Of a DNA stretch of 64,000 bases, positions 1 to 10,956 are shown one piece after another. This DNA is from an uncultured Actinomycetota bacterium (GTDB lineage: Bacteria; Actinomycetota; Actinomycetes; Mycobacteriales; Mycobacteriaceae), in the NCBI GenBank assembly GCA_963751485.1, contig CAVVUT010000018.1, positions 312,970 through 376,969 on the forward strand, given 5' to 3'. A program made the position numbers and the translations under genes. Each line of letters opens with the position of its first letter. The first letter of the stretch is position 1. The notes under the pieces are model-generated. The model saw nothing but the letters and a program-made list of their open reading frames with translations, ran no database searches and had not been told where the DNA came from.

Positions 1-940
1 TGTAGTCCTGCTTCGTGTTCCGTTTGTGCACGCCGACGGCCTGTGTGACCGCGGTGCCCTGGGGCAGCAGCACGAGTAGCTGTTCGAGGCTCGGTTGGTA
101 GGCGAGGGCCACTTCCCCGAGACTGACCAGGTTGGCCAGCACGATCGGAAGCGTGGGTTGCAGCCGGTCGAGAAGCGCCCGCACCTCGTCGGCGGCCCCC
201 GGGCCTTTGTCGAGAATCCCCGCCACGGCCGGATCTTGGCTCCGCAGCTGACCGCTGATACTCGCCAGATTCGCCGCCCACGCCTGGATAGAGCCCGCGG
301 TGTCGGTCTGGCTGTCCAGCACCGGTTTGGACTGGTCGATCAGGGTGGTCAGCGGGTCGAGGTTCGCGCGGGCGTCAATGGCCAGCGTGGTGCTCCCGGT
401 GACCAGCCGGCGCAGTTCCGGCCCCAGTCCGCCGACCGCGATATTAGCCTCGTCGACGACGGTCTTCAGGTTGTCGCGCGGAATCGCCTCCAGGCCACGA
501 TTTGTCATGTCCAACACCGCATTGATATCGGTCGGAACGGTGGTGCGGTCCATCGGGACTACGTCGCCGTCCTTCAACACCGGGCCCTCGCCGCTGCGGG
601 GGAGCAGCTGGACGTACTGCTCGCCGACCGAGGACACGCTGTGCACCTCGGCCTCGAGGTCCGCGGGAATCTTGACGTCGGAGTTCAGCGACAGCACCGC
701 CGCGACACCGGTGTCGGTCAGTTGGACGCTCTTCACCTCGCCCACCTGCACGCCGCGATACGTGACGTTGCTCCTCGGGTACAACCCGCCTGTCTCGGGC
801 AACTGCACGGTCACGCGGTACTGGCCGACACCGAGGAAGGCGGGCAACCGCATGTACGCGAAGACCATGATCATGAGCGCGGTGGTCGCTATGACGGCGA
901 AGATCGCCATCTGTATGAGGATTTGACGGGTCAAACGCAT
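1..940 (-). CDS. mceF: Mce family protein MceF (3' end runs off the window)
   Basis: Manual translation from ATG 940: MRLTRQILIQMAIFAVIATTALMIMVFAYMRLPAFLGVGQYRVTVQLPETGGLYPRSNVTYRGVQVG; last mce gene of the operon; not in the ORF track because it is open at the window edge. Confidence 0.9.
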   Translation of the reverse strand, partial: MRLTRQILIQMAIFAVIATTALMIMVFAYMRLPAFLGVGQYRVTVQLPETGGLYPRSNVTYRGVQVGEVKSVQLTDTGVAAVLSLNSDVKIPADLEAEVHSVSSVGEQYVQLLPRSGEGPVLKDGDVVPMDRTTVPTDINAVLDMTNRGLEAIPRDNLKTVVDEANIAVGGLGPELRRLVTGSTTLAIDARANLDPLTTLIDQSKPVLDSQTDTAGSIQAWAANLASISGQLRSQDPAVAGILDKGPGAADEVRALLDRLQPTLPIVLANLVSLGEVALAYQPSLEQLLVLLPQGTAVTQAVGVHKRNTKQDY

Positions 941-941
941 G

Positions 942-2096
942 CTACGGCCCCTGGTCCCAGCGGTACGGAGCGATCAACGGGTTACCCGCGGTGCCGGGGC
1001 CGCCCGACATGCAGGGGCTGGGGAATTGTCCGATGGTGCGGCCCCATTGCAGCTCCAACCACGTCAGGTGGCACTCCCACCGCGTTCCGGTGAAGAAATC
1101 GGAGTCAATCCGGCTCAACGTCAGGTCGACTATCAACGTCAGGTTGGCGTAGTCGCCGCGCATCCAGTTGGTGAGCGTCTCCTTGGGGAACGGGAAGGTG
1201 GGCAGAAAACTCAGTGCCCGGGTCAGCGCTGGACCGGCGTTGGCCAGTTGCTCCAGTACCGGCCCGAGGTCTTTGAGCTCCTGAACCAGCGCCTCCTTGG
1301 TCTGGCTGACCGAGTCGGCTGCCAGAGCGCTGAACCTGCCCAGCTGCGTCAGTGCCTCGGCCAGGTTGTTGCGCTGGTCTCTGAGTACGGCCAACGCATC
1401 CGGGATCGTCCGTAACGCCTTGTCCACCACCGGTTTTTGGTCAGCGAACTGACCGATCAGGTTGTTCAAGCTCTCCGAAGCGGCGATGATGTCATGCTTC
1501 TGGTCGTCGAGATGACCGATCGCCGTGTCAAGCTGCTCGATCAGGCTGCGCAAGTCGTTCTCGCGACCGGCGAATGCGGTACTCAACGCCTCCGTGATGT
1601 CCTGAATTTGGCCGATGCCACCACCGTTGAGCAGTAGTGCAACCGCGGCCAGTGCCTGCTCGGTGCTCGGGTATGCACTCGACGACGACAATGGAATCAG
1701 CGAGCCTTCGTGCAGCTTGCCCTGGGGCGGCACGTCCGTCGGCGGCGCGAGCTCGATGTGTAGTGAACCCAACAGGCTGGTTTGACCGAGCTTGGCGGTC
1801 GCATTCGCGGGCAGATCGACGTCACCGTTGAGCTCCATCGTCACCAACGCATGCCAGCCCTGACGCTCGATTTTCCTGATGTGCCCGACATTCACATCGC
1901 CAACCCGGACGCGGGAATTCGGCTCGATGTTATCGGTGTCGGGCATCTGCGCCTGAATCATGAACGCCCCTGGTCCCCCACCCTGGACGCCCGGCAGCGG
2001 AATCGAGTTGAGTCCTCGCCAGCCCGCGCAGCCGGACAGCACCCCGGCCGACACGACCGCGAGGGTCACTCCGCGAAAAACCTTGCCTCGCATCAC
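942..2096 (-). CDS. mceE: Mce lipoprotein MceE (Lpr-type)
   Basis: Lipobox VLSGC, MCE domain (NSRVRVGDVNVG, AKLGQTSLLGSLHIEL), fifth mce position. Confidence 0.92.
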   Translation of the reverse strand: MMRGKVFRGVTLAVVSAGVLSGCAGWRGLNSIPLPGVQGGGPGAFMIQAQMPDTDNIEPNSRVRVGDVNVGHIRKIERQGWHALVTMELNGDVDLPANATAKLGQTSLLGSLHIELAPPTDVPPQGKLHEGSLIPLSSSSAYPSTEQALAAVALLLNGGGIGQIQDITEALSTAFAGRENDLRSLIEQLDTAIGHLDDQKHDIIAASESLNNLIGQFADQKPVVDKALRTIPDALAVLRDQRNNLAEALTQLGRFSALAADSVSQTKEALVQELKDLGPVLEQLANAGPALTRALSFLPTFPFPKETLTNWMRGDYANLTLIVDLTLSRIDSDFFTGTRWECHLTWLELQWGRTIGQFPSPCMSGGPGTAGNPLIAPYRWDQGP

Positions 2097-3457
2097 GGTC
2101 CCATCCCAGGTGGCACCATCAAGCCGGTCAGGCCGTCGGCCGGGCTCGGTGTGAGTGGACTGCCCCCAGTCGCCGCTGCTTCAGCGGCGAGCGGGGGACC
2201 CCCGGCGGCCAACGGCGGACCCGTGTCCGGTGGCGGTGCCCGGCCGCCGGCGGTGGGCTTGTGTCGCCTGGCGGCGGTGCTTGCGGCGGTATGTAATCCG
2301 GCCGCAGCCAGTCCTCGCTGTAGGTGAGCTCATTCGGCCGCGTCGTTGCACCAACGAAGACGTTCTGTGCAAGCGGAAGGAAGTTGTACTGGCGGTTCTT
2401 GATGATCGGCGCCAGGTACTGCACGCAGAGCTTCGCCGACTGCTCGGCGCCCAGCCGTGACGCCGCCTGAATAGCGCCGCACAGAAAGGAAACCGGGTTG
2501 GCGAAGTTGTTGAGCATCGGCACGCTGCTCACCGCGCCCTGTGCGGGTTGCCAGATGTTCACGTAGTTCTGCAAAGTGTTGGGGCGTTACGTGCAAGACC
2601 TGCTTGATGTCACCCAGGCTGTCGGTCAGCGCCTGGGTCACCCCTGCCAACTTGTCCGACGTGGTGCCCAGCGCTTCGCGGTTGTCGGCCACGAACGTCT
2701 GGACGTCTCCGACGACGTTGTTGAGGTCGCGGACTGCGTTGGCGACTTCGTCGGGATCGTTGGCGAGAAGGCCGGTGACGGTCGCCAGGTTCTGGTTGAG
2801 CTGACGCATCAAGTCGGTGCTGTCCTGCAGCGCCGACACCAGGGTGGCCAGGTTCTTGACAGTGGAGAAGATGTCGGTGCTGTGATCGCCGAGGGCCGAA
2901 ACGGCTTGTGACAGTTTGATGATGGTGTCACGGATGTTGGCGCCCTCACCACGTAGGTTGTCAGCGGCGGTGTTGATGACTGAGCCCAACGGGCTCACCC
3001 CTCCGGGCTCGGTCGGCTGCAACGTGTCGGTGAGCTTCTCCAACTGTTTGCGGACCTCGTCCCACTCCACCGGCACCGCGGTGCGTTCGCGCGGGATGAC
3101 CGCATTGTCTTTCATCACCGGTCCACTGACGTAGGCGGGGGTGAGCTGAATCGCGCGAGCAGTCACCAGCGTCGGCGACAGGATCGCGGCCTTGACGTCG
3201 CCCGGCACCTTGTACTTGCTGTCGTACCAGAACGAGATCTTGACCTGCTCGGGCTGCGGCTCGATGGATTCGATCCTGCCCACGGGCACACCGACGATGC
3301 GAACGTCGTCGCCCGCATAGATTCCGTTCGCGTTTTCGAAGTATGCGACGACGTGTGTGCGGTTGATCCGGTCGGTGGTGCGCAACAACACGACGACGCC
3401 GCCGACGAGTATCACAGCCAGCGCGACGGCTAGGAAAATCTTGGCGGTGCGGGTCAT
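2093..3457 (-). pseudogene. mceD: Mce family protein MceD with two frame breaks (~2582 and ~2240); true pseudogene or assembly indels
   Basis: MTRTAKIF...GDDVRIVGVPVG; the frame moves to TLQNYVNIWQPAQG at a GGGG run (2581-2584); a third frame ends ...GLMVPPGMGP-TGA overlapping the mceE start. Confidence 0.85.
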
Positions 3458-4806
3458 TGTCCGGCCCCTTCTGGTGAGAGGTGGGACACCTCGCCGGGAG
3501 CGGGCACCAGGACCGGTGATGGAGTCGGTTCCGGCGTTGACTGCAGACCTGGCGGTGCCTCGGCTGGCGGTCCCGGCGGCGGCCCGCCGGGCGGCGGCGC
3601 CGGCGGCGGCTCGCGGTAGGGATAGCAGCCGGGGCCGGGCAGCGGCAGCCCGGGCGAACCGCACGGCTGGTCGGCGGGATTGCCGGTGATGGCGTCGGGG
3701 ATATTCAGACGAGGTTCGCCGCCCTGCCCGGTCCGCGGGTACGGCACGGGCAGCGCCGGTGTGCCCGGCTGGCCGATTTGTGGGTCGGTGCGCTCAGACG
3801 GCAGCAGCACATTGGGATCGAGACCGAGGTCGGAGAACGCGGCGTCGATGAACGGCTGCAGGAATTGGCCCGGCAGCAAGTTGGCGACGTAGGTCTTGAA
3901 AAACGGACCGGACGACACCGATTCGCCCAACGACATGGAGTATTGGCCGAGCAGTTTGATCGACCTCTGCACCCGCTCCTTGCGGTTGTCGACGATGGTC
4001 AGCACACCGTTGAGCTTGTCGAGAGCGGGCCTGAGGGTGTTGCGGTTCTCGGCGATGAAGCCCTGCAGTTGTCGGCTGAGAGAGGAGATGTTGCCGGAGA
4101 TCTGATCCAGTGCGGCGCTTTGGGTTTCGAGTTCGGCCAGCAGCGCATTGGAATTGGCGATCAGGCTGACGACTTGGTTGCTGCGCTGGGCCAGCACCGT
4201 GGTGGCCTTGTTCGCGTTGGCCAGCAAACCCCGTAGCTGCTCATCCCGTTCGTCCAGGGTCTGGGAGAACCGCGCGACCCCCTCGACCGCGATCCGCAGC
4301 TGCGGCGGGGTATCGGAGAATGTCTCCGCCAGCACCCTCAGCGAATCCGACAACTGGTTGGTGTTCAGGCCGCTGATCGTCGTCGCCAGCTCGCCCAGCG
4401 CATCCGGCAGCTGATAGGGCGATCTCGTGCGCTCGACGGGGATCGTGCCCTCCAGTTGGCCACCGCCACGAGAGGTGACCTCGAGGACCTTCGTGCCCAG
4501 CAGGCCCTTGGTTTTGATCGCCGCCTCGGTGCGATCGCCGAGATGGATGTTCCTGGCGACGGTGAACTTCACGAGCGCCCGCGGCCCATCCAACTCGATG
4601 GACTCGACCTTGCCCACCTCGAAACCCGAAACCAGCACGCCCTGACTGGTTGTCAGGCCGCCGGCATCGGCGAAGTAAGCCGAGTACTCCTTGCCATGGA
4701 GGAACGGCAGCCTGTCGTAGTTCAGAGCCCCCAGCACAATGCCGATCGTCAAAGCCAGCCCGACGGCACCGATGACGAACTGATTTCGTTCAGCGAAGGA
4801 CTTCAC
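3454..4806 (-). CDS. mceC: Mce family protein MceC
   Basis: GTG 4806 overlaps the mceB stop; VKSFAERN..., VLVSGFEVGKV, AIKTKGLLGTK; Pro-rich tail. Confidence 0.9.
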   Translation of the reverse strand: MKSFAERNQFVIGAVGLALTIGIVLGALNYDRLPFLHGKEYSAYFADAGGLTTSQGVLVSGFEVGKVESIELDGPRALVKFTVARNIHLGDRTEAAIKTKGLLGTKVLEVTSRGGGQLEGTIPVERTRSPYQLPDALGELATTISGLNTNQLSDSLRVLAETFSDTPPQLRIAVEGVARFSQTLDERDEQLRGLLANANKATTVLAQRSNQVVSLIANSNALLAELETQSAALDQISGNISSLSRQLQGFIAENRNTLRPALDKLNGVLTIVDNRKERVQRSIKLLGQYSMSLGESVSSGPFFKTYVANLLPGQFLQPFIDAAFSDLGLDPNVLLPSERTDPQIGQPGTPALPVPYPRTGQGGEPRLNIPDAITGNPADQPCGSPGLPLPGPGCYPYREPPPAPPPGGPPPGPPAEAPPGLQSTPEPTPSPVLVPAPGEVSHLSPEGAGQ

Positions 4807-5843
4807 TTCGGCGCGCACCTCCCGGTGGACTGGCCGGCGACCTTGACGTACACCGGCTGACCACCTTTGCCATTGAGCTTCAGCACGACGTCGCACAGGT
4901 AGAAACTGAAGAAGTCACCGTAAATGCCTTGTCGGGCAAGCGCTTGGTACGCGTCCGGCAAAGTGTTCAGCAGGTTGTCGAAGTAATCATGGTCGGCCAC
5001 CACGATTCCCGCGGCACGGTCTGTTTCCTGAATCGTCTTTTGAAATGGCGGACGAGCCTGCGCCAAGAGGTCGGTGATGTTTCCGGCTGCCGCGTTGGTG
5101 TACGCAATTCCGTTGCTGATGTCCCCTTTGCGCGCTTCCAAGGTCTTCGTCAAGTCCGCGAGCGCGTCGACGGCCTTCGCGAACTGGTCGCTCTGGTCAC
5201 CGAGCGATCCCAGCACGACATTGAGGTTGGTGATGACCTCCCCGATCAGCTGATCTCGGTCGGCCAGCGTGCTCGTCAGAGCGGCGGTCTGGGCCAAGAA
5301 CGAGTTGATCGTCGAACCCTGACCCTGCAAGGCCTGAATCAGCTGGCCCGACAACGCGTTCACCTGATCTGGATCCAGCGCTCGGAACAGCGGTCGAAAT
5401 CCACCGATCAGCGCATCGAGGTCGAGCGCCGGCGATGTGCGGGCCAACGGGATCGTGTCGCCAGGCTTGAGCTTCGAGACACCGCCAGCCCCTTCCTCCA
5501 GCGCCAGAAAGCGGCCGCCGATGAGGTCGTCGTAGCGAATGACGGCCCTGCTGCCCTCGGTCAGCACCACCGACCGATCTGCGGAGAAGTCGACCACCGC
5601 TGTCGTGTCGGGTTGAATGGCAACGTCATTGACCTTGCCTACCTCGACACCGGCGATGCGGACGAAGTCGCCGTTTTCCAGCCCGGTCACGTTGGTGAAT
5701 ACGGCCTTGTAGCTGTAAGTCTTCTCCCCGAACCGCATCTGCCCGAAGACCGCAAACAAGCCGAACACGCCCAGCAGGCAGGCAACCAAGAACACGGCAA
5801 GACGCCATGCGTCGTGTCGAACCCTGGCTCTCATGCCCGGCAT
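4803..5843 (-). CDS. mceB: Mce family protein MceB
   Basis: GDFVRIAGVEVGKV, IRYDDLIGGRFLAL, C-terminal GDFFSFYLC. Confidence 0.92.
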   Translation of the reverse strand: MPGMRARVRHDAWRLAVFLVACLLGVFGLFAVFGQMRFGEKTYSYKAVFTNVTGLENGDFVRIAGVEVGKVNDVAIQPDTTAVVDFSADRSVVLTEGSRAVIRYDDLIGGRFLALEEGAGGVSKLKPGDTIPLARTSPALDLDALIGGFRPLFRALDPDQVNALSGQLIQALQGQGSTINSFLAQTAALTSTLADRDQLIGEVITNLNVVLGSLGDQSDQFAKAVDALADLTKTLEARKGDISNGIAYTNAAAGNITDLLAQARPPFQKTIQETDRAAGIVVADHDYFDNLLNTLPDAYQALARQGIYGDFFSFYLCDVVLKLNGKGGQPVYVKVAGQSTGRCAPK

Positions 5844-5877
5844 GGCGGATTACCTCTCATGGCCCTCTCGGTGGCGA

Positions 5878-7329
5878 TCACGGGGACGGCGCCGCCTCCC
5901 GCGGCAGGGGGATCGGGGGTAGCGGTGTCGGCTGCATCTGCGCCGGCGACGCAACCACGAACGGCTCGGAGCCGGGTGTCGGGCCGGGTTCGCGCGGCGC
6001 CATCGGCGGTGGCGCCGGCGGCAGTCCAGGCCACAGCGGCGTGCCGTCCGGCGCGTACAGGTCCGCACCGTAGGCCGGTGCACCTGGATACGGGATCGGC
6101 CCTATTGCAGGCCCGCCGAAGAGGTTGCGGATGCTGGGTGGCTCGGGCACCGCGCGGGTGACCGGGAGGTAGTTGGCCCACGCCGGGAAGCCGATGCCGG
6201 GGTTGGGCCGCCAGTCGATTCCGGTGCCGAACCCGGTATTGGTGACGAGATTCCGCACGGGCCAGTTCTGTGCGACATCCGGCAGCGAGCCGCAGCTCGG
6301 CTTGCCGCCCGGGCCGCCCTTGGCGCCGATGATCGGCAGGTTGTCCGGATAGTGGTACGGGTCGTCTCCGAGCGACAGTGAGGTGTCCAGCACCAGAGTT
6401 CGCCCGTTGCCACCTGGCGCTTCGTAGCCACCCGTGTCCAGAAGGGTCTTCGCGCCCACGAGTAGACAGGTGTATTCCGGGTTGTACTTGTACAGCAGGT
6501 CCGTCGTCGGCTCGAGCACGTTGATCGCCTTGATGAGATTGGCCTGATTCGGCGCGAGCAGATTGATGCCGCTGTTGGAGAGCCCGATGGTGGCCAGCAA
6601 CAACGCGTCCAGCTGGTCGGAGTGGGTGGTGATGGTCGTGCTGGTTGTGCTGAGTGCGTCGAGTGTGGTCAAAATGTCTTGCGCGGCAACGCTATACGTG
6701 TCATTGAACCCTTTGAGCGCGCGCAAATCCTCGGTTATCGTTTGGTAGCGCGGATTCAGCTCGAGCAGAACCTGATTCGCTGCGGTGGTGGCCTCACCGA
6801 TCCGCTCACCCTGACCCCGGACACCGTCGGCGAGCGCGGACAGCGTGCTGTTGAGCTTGGCCGGGTCGATCTGCTTCAGCACGTTGACCAGGTTCTGGAA
6901 CACGGTGTTGGCCTCGACGGTGACGTTCCGCGATTTGATCACCTGACCGGCCGTCAGCCGCTGCCGGCTGGGGTCTTTGGGGTAGATGAGGTCGACGAAC
7001 TTGGCGCCGAACACCGTGGTGGCCCGGATCTGCGCCTCGACATTCGCAGGGATGTACTTGACCTTGTCCTTGTCGATCTCCAGCGTCAGCGCGACCGGCT
7101 GGCTGCCGCCCTGGATTGAGGCGACTCGCCCGACCTGGACGCCACGCAACTTGACCTTGGCGTTGGTCTCCATCACCAGGCCCGACCGATCGGATGTCAG
7201 CGTGACCGTCTCATGCCGCTTGAAGGTGCCAAGGAATAACGAATACGACAGCCAGATGGCGACGGCAGTCGCGACCAAAAGGAACAACGTCCACCACGCG
7301 GGGTGCAGGCCTTCGTCTCGTCCCTCCAT
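5878..7329 (-). CDS. mceA: Mce family protein MceA
   Basis: SDRSGLVMETNAKVKLRGVQVG, ATTVFGAKFVDL; first mce gene after yrbEB. Confidence 0.92.
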   Translation of the reverse strand: MEGRDEGLHPAWWTLFLLVATAVAIWLSYSLFLGTFKRHETVTLTSDRSGLVMETNAKVKLRGVQVGRVASIQGGSQPVALTLEIDKDKVKYIPANVEAQIRATTVFGAKFVDLIYPKDPSRQRLTAGQVIKSRNVTVEANTVFQNLVNVLKQIDPAKLNSTLSALADGVRGQGERIGEATTAANQVLLELNPRYQTITEDLRALKGFNDTYSVAAQDILTTLDALSTTSTTITTHSDQLDALLLATIGLSNSGINLLAPNQANLIKAINVLEPTTDLLYKYNPEYTCLLVGAKTLLDTGGYEAPGGNGRTLVLDTSLSLGDDPYHYPDNLPIIGAKGGPGGKPSCGSLPDVAQNWPVRNLVTNTGFGTGIDWRPNPGIGFPAWANYLPVTRAVPEPPSIRNLFGGPAIGPIPYPGAPAYGADLYAPDGTPLWPGLPPAPPPMAPREPGPTPGSEPFVVASPAQMQPTPLPPIPLPREAAPSP

Positions 7330-7331
7330 GC

Positions 7332-8186
7332 TTATCCAGCCAGGTTGAAGTTGCCGGACTGGCCGTAAACGGCAAGCGAGAGCATCACCAAGACGAACGC
7401 CGAGACAATCAGCGACGTACGCACCGCACGCCCGACGGCCTCACCGACCCCCGCCGGCCCACCCCGTGCGGTGAACCCGTAGTAGGTGTGCACAAGCATG
7501 ATCACCATCGACAAAGCGACGCATTGGCCGAACGACCACATCAGGTCGGTGGGGTTGAGGAACGTTTTGAAGTAGTGGTCGTAGACGCCCGTTGATTGAC
7601 CGTAGAGAACGGTGGTGCCGAACCGCGCCGCCCAGAACGCCATCAGCACGCCCACGCAGTACAGCGGGATCACCACAAGGAAGCCCGCGATCACCCGGGT
7701 TGAGGCGAGGAACGCGACGCTGCGAATACCCATCACCTCGAGCGCGTCGATCTCCTCGTTGATCCGCATGGCGCCGAGTTGCGCGGTGGCGCCCGCGCCG
7801 ATGGTGGCAGACAGGGCGATGGCGGTGGTGGCCGGTGCGATCAGTCGCACGTTGAAGTAGGCCGACACAAATCCGGTCAGCGCCTCAACGCCGAGTTCGG
7901 AGAAGTCGCTGTAACCCTGCACCGCCACCAGCGCGCCCGTGGTCACGGTGAGGAAGCCGACGATCGCGACCGTTCCGCCGATGATGATGAGCGCCCCCGC
8001 CCCGAGGCCCATCTGCGCGATGAGACGAATCAGCTCGACCCTGTAGTAGACGAGTGTGTAACGGATCGAGGTCAGGGTCCGGCCATAGAACTTGGTTTGC
8101 GTCCCGATGTGGTTCCATCCGTCAGCCAGTCCGCGGTACCTGTCTTTCAGCCAGGGAAATTGCGAATGAGGCTTGGAGGTCGTCAT
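7332..8186 (-). CDS. yrbEB: MlaE-family ABC permease YrbEB
   Basis: ATAQLGAMRINEEIDALEVMGI, HTYYGFTARGGPAGVGEAVGRAVR. Confidence 0.93.
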   Translation of the reverse strand: MTTSKPHSQFPWLKDRYRGLADGWNHIGTQTKFYGRTLTSIRYTLVYYRVELIRLIAQMGLGAGALIIIGGTVAIVGFLTVTTGALVAVQGYSDFSELGVEALTGFVSAYFNVRLIAPATTAIALSATIGAGATAQLGAMRINEEIDALEVMGIRSVAFLASTRVIAGFLVVIPLYCVGVLMAFWAARFGTTVLYGQSTGVYDHYFKTFLNPTDLMWSFGQCVALSMVIMLVHTYYGFTARGGPAGVGEAVGRAVRTSLIVSAFVLVMLSLAVYGQSGNFNLAG

Positions 8187-8953
8187 CGCGTGATCTTGAT
8201 CGCCACCGCTGTCGCGACGATATTGATCGCGAACAGCGCCATGAAGGTGAACACGACGGTTTCGTTCACCGCATTGCCGACACCCTGCGGCCCGCCATGC
8301 ACAGAAATCCCCTTGTAGCAGGCGATCAGGCCGGCCGAGAGCCCAAACAGCGCCGCCTTCACCAGCGCGATCACCACGTCAGTGGCCCCGATGATCAGCG
8401 TGAGGCCAGCCGCGAACGCACCGGGCGAAACGTGCTGGATGAAGACGACGAAGGAATACGCCCCAGCGAGCCCGACAAGGATCACGGTGGCGGACAGCGC
8501 CAGCGATACGACGGTGGCCGCAAGCACCCGGGGCACCACGAGCGCGTGGATGGGGTCGACGCCCATCACCCGCAGCGCATCGAGCTCGTCACGAATGGTC
8601 CGCGCACCCAGGTCTGCGCACATGGCGGTGGCGCCGGCCCCGGCGACCACCAGGACGGTCACGATCGGGCCGATCTGCCTCACTGTTCCCAGGGCGGCTC
8701 CTGTGCCGGAGAAGTCCGAAGCACCGATCTCCGTCAGCAGGATGGTTTCGATGAAGGTCAGCAACACCGTGTACGGAATCGTCAACATCAGCGTCGGAAC
8801 GATGGACACACGCGCGACGAACCAAGACTGCGCGATGAATTCGCGCCACGCGAAGGGTGGCTTGAACATCAACACGAAAGTGTCGAGCGCCATCGAATAG
8901 AAGCCGCCGAATGCGCGCACCGGCTTGGAGATTGCTGTGGAAGCTATCATCAA
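8183..8953 (-). CDS. yrbEA: MlaE-family ABC permease YrbEA (mce3-like)
   Basis: AGAGATAMCADLGARTIRDELDALRVMG; N-terminus FKPPFAWREF resembles YrbE3A as recalled. Confidence 0.93.
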   Translation of the reverse strand: MMIASTAISKPVRAFGGFYSMALDTFVLMFKPPFAWREFIAQSWFVARVSIVPTLMLTIPYTVLLTFIETILLTEIGASDFSGTGAALGTVRQIGPIVTVLVVAGAGATAMCADLGARTIRDELDALRVMGVDPIHALVVPRVLAATVVSLALSATVILVGLAGAYSFVVFIQHVSPGAFAAGLTLIIGATDVVIALVKAALFGLSAGLIACYKGISVHGGPQGVGNAVNETVVFTFMALFAINIVATAVAIKITR

Positions 8954-9194
8954 GCGGTCCCTTTTCGCGTGCTCCGCATCGACATCTCGGCCACATCCTT
9001 CCGATCCGCGCCGTTACGGCTGCCGAGAGGTTACAACCGCTGGCATGCCGGACAATTGCATATTGACTTTTTTGCGAAATAGCCAATGGCGCCCCGGCGA
9101 AGCCGTTACGGCGGTCTGCCGGCAACTTAGGCTGCGCTCGCCTATGCAACTGCCAGCAAACGCAGTTGCGCACCGAAACGATTCTCTGGCTTGG

Positions 9195-9203
9195 TGACTG
9201 TCA
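9195..9203. promoter_or_regulatory. Short palindrome TGACTGTCA, candidate TetR operator overlapping a likely leaderless tetR promoter
   Basis: Palindrome just upstream of a TACCTT -10-like hexamer and ATG 9218 in the divergent mce/tetR intergenic region. Confidence 0.3.
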
Positions 9204-9217
9204 GCTACCTTGAGACC

Positions 9218-9799
9218 ATGACCACGACGCCCGCAAGGCGTTGGGCGAGGACCGACGCCACGCAACAGCGCATCCTTGACGCGGCGACGGAAGTCTTCAG
9301 TTCGCGCGGCTTCTCCGCGGCGACGATGGCCGACATCGTCGATCTGTCCGGCGCCAGCATCGGCAGCATCTACCACCATTTCGGCGGCAAGAAAGAACTG
9401 TTTCTCGCGATCTACGAGCGGCTGTCCGCAGACGTCGAGCGGCGGATCGCCGAGGCCGCGCAAGGATCCGCGAGTCTGGACAGCCGACAGGCGTTCGGCG
9501 TGCACGCCCGCGCCTACCTCGACGCGATCTGGGCCAACCGGCGTGCGGCGATGATGATCGCCTCCGGTGATGTCCCCGTCGGCTTCGAACGAATCCGCCG
9601 CACGAACACGCTCACGTTCTTCCACCGGTGGATGGGCGTGCTCGACGTGGACTCGTCACAGCGGGGTCAGCTGCTGTCCCGCATCCTCATCGCGATCATG
9701 TCCGAAGCGTCGCTGATGGTCACCGTGTGCGACAGCCCCGCCAAGGTCGAGGAGATCAGTGACGCCACCATCGAGTGGGTCGCGCGCCTGACGAGCTGA
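9218..9799 (+). CDS. TetR/AcrR family regulator divergent from the mce operon
   Basis: HTH ILDAATEVFSSRGFSAATMADIVDLSGASIGSIYHHFGGKKELF. Confidence 0.9.
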   Translation: MTTTPARRWARTDATQQRILDAATEVFSSRGFSAATMADIVDLSGASIGSIYHHFGGKKELFLAIYERLSADVERRIAEAAQGSASLDSRQAFGVHARAYLDAIWANRRAAMMIASGDVPVGFERIRRTNTLTFFHRWMGVLDVDSSQRGQLLSRILIAIMSEASLMVTVCDSPAKVEEISDATIEWVARLTS

Positions 9800-9809
9800 G
9801 CCCAACGGC

Positions 9810-10281
9810 TTACGCGTTCGCCGCGGCCTCTTCGAGTTCGGCGATGACAATCTTGCGCATGCCGTGCATCGCCTTGGTGGCAGCGCGCGCGGGCCGGGTC
9901 CGGATCGTTTTGCAGCTCGAACAAGCGGTCCGGCGTGACCTGCCAGCTGAGGCCGAAGCGGTCCTTGAGCCAGCCGCACATCGATTCCTCGCCGCCATCG
10001 ACCAGCCGGTTCCAGTAGTAATCGACCTCGTCCTGGTCCTTGCAGTGGATCATCAACGACACCGCCTCGGAAAACTGAAAGTGCGGGCCGCCGTTGATCC
10101 CGATGAACCGCGCGCCGTCCAGCACGAAGGAGCCCCACAGCACGCTGCCGGGTGCGCCCGGTCCCGCATCGGTGGTTCGGTAGAGCTCCTCGATCGACGA
10201 GTTCGGAAAGACCGAGGTGTAGAACTCCGCGGCTTCCTCGAGGTTGTCGTCGAACCAGAGCGAGGGCGTGATGGCCGGCAT
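9810..10281 (-). pseudogene. VOC/PhnB-like (3-demethylubiquinone-9 3-methyltransferase-like) protein, frame break ~9890
   Basis: ITPSLWFDDNLEEAAEFYTSVF, MCGWLKDRFGLSWQV; C-terminus ATKAMHGMRKIVIAELEEA lies in another frame after a (GC)n run. Confidence 0.8.
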
Positions 10282-10347
10282 TTGGGCACTCCTATCTATG
10301 CGGATCTATCGGTTGCCACCAGTGCAGACCCGGCTTGCGATCAAAAC

Positions 10348-10956
10348 TCATCGGGATGGTCGCTCGGCGCCAAGGGCCCGCAGCGCGAAATCGATGACGC
10401 GGGACTGTGATTGGCGCAAACCGTCGAGATCGCCCGGCGCCGATATCGTCAGCTCGCGACTGATCACCGCGCTGATCGCGACGGCGTCCCTCTGCGGATC
10501 GCTCAGCGGGAACGACCCGTCGTCGCGGCCGCGTTCAAGGATCCGCTCGAGCGAGCGTTCCCGGTCGGCGTGCAGTCGTTCGCGGGTCTCGCGATAACCC
10601 TTGGCGGCGCGAACTTCGTCGGAGTCGATGACCGTGAGATGCATGCGCAGCTCCGGTTCGAGTGCGAGCGCGAACATCATCTCCACCCACGCCGTCAGCT
10701 GCTCACGCGGAGCGCCGGGCAACCGCTCGGCAATGCGGTCCAAGCGGTCGGCGAGCGCTTCGGCCTCCTGCCGCAACATCGCGAGAAACAGTTCGTCCTT
10801 CGACACGAAGTGTCGGTAGAAAGCCCTGGTGGACAGGCCCGAGCGCTCCAGGATCGCCGCCACCAGGACAGGCCCGCTGTGCGGCTCGGACAGGCAGTTG
10901 TACGCGGCGTCGATGATGACTTGGCGGTCATCGGAGCTCGGCGTATCGGGCTGCAC
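10348..10956 (-). CDS. TetR/AcrR family regulator
   Basis: IIDAAYNCL...ILERSGLSTRAFYRHFVSKDELF; GTG 10956 chosen as start. Confidence 0.85.
   Translation of the reverse strand: MQPDTPSSDDRQVIIDAAYNCLSEPHSGPVLVAAILERSGLSTRAFYRHFVSKDELFLAMLRQEAEALADRLDRIAERLPGAPREQLTAWVEMMFALALEPELRMHLTVIDSDEVRAAKGYRETRERLHADRERSLERILERGRDDGSFPLSDPQRDAVAISAVISRELTISAPGDLDGLRQSQSRVIDFALRALGAERPSR

Noticed and set aside
3480-3780. GC-rich repeats in mce gene 3' ends
   Set aside because: Explained by the Pro-rich C-terminal tails normal for Mce proteins
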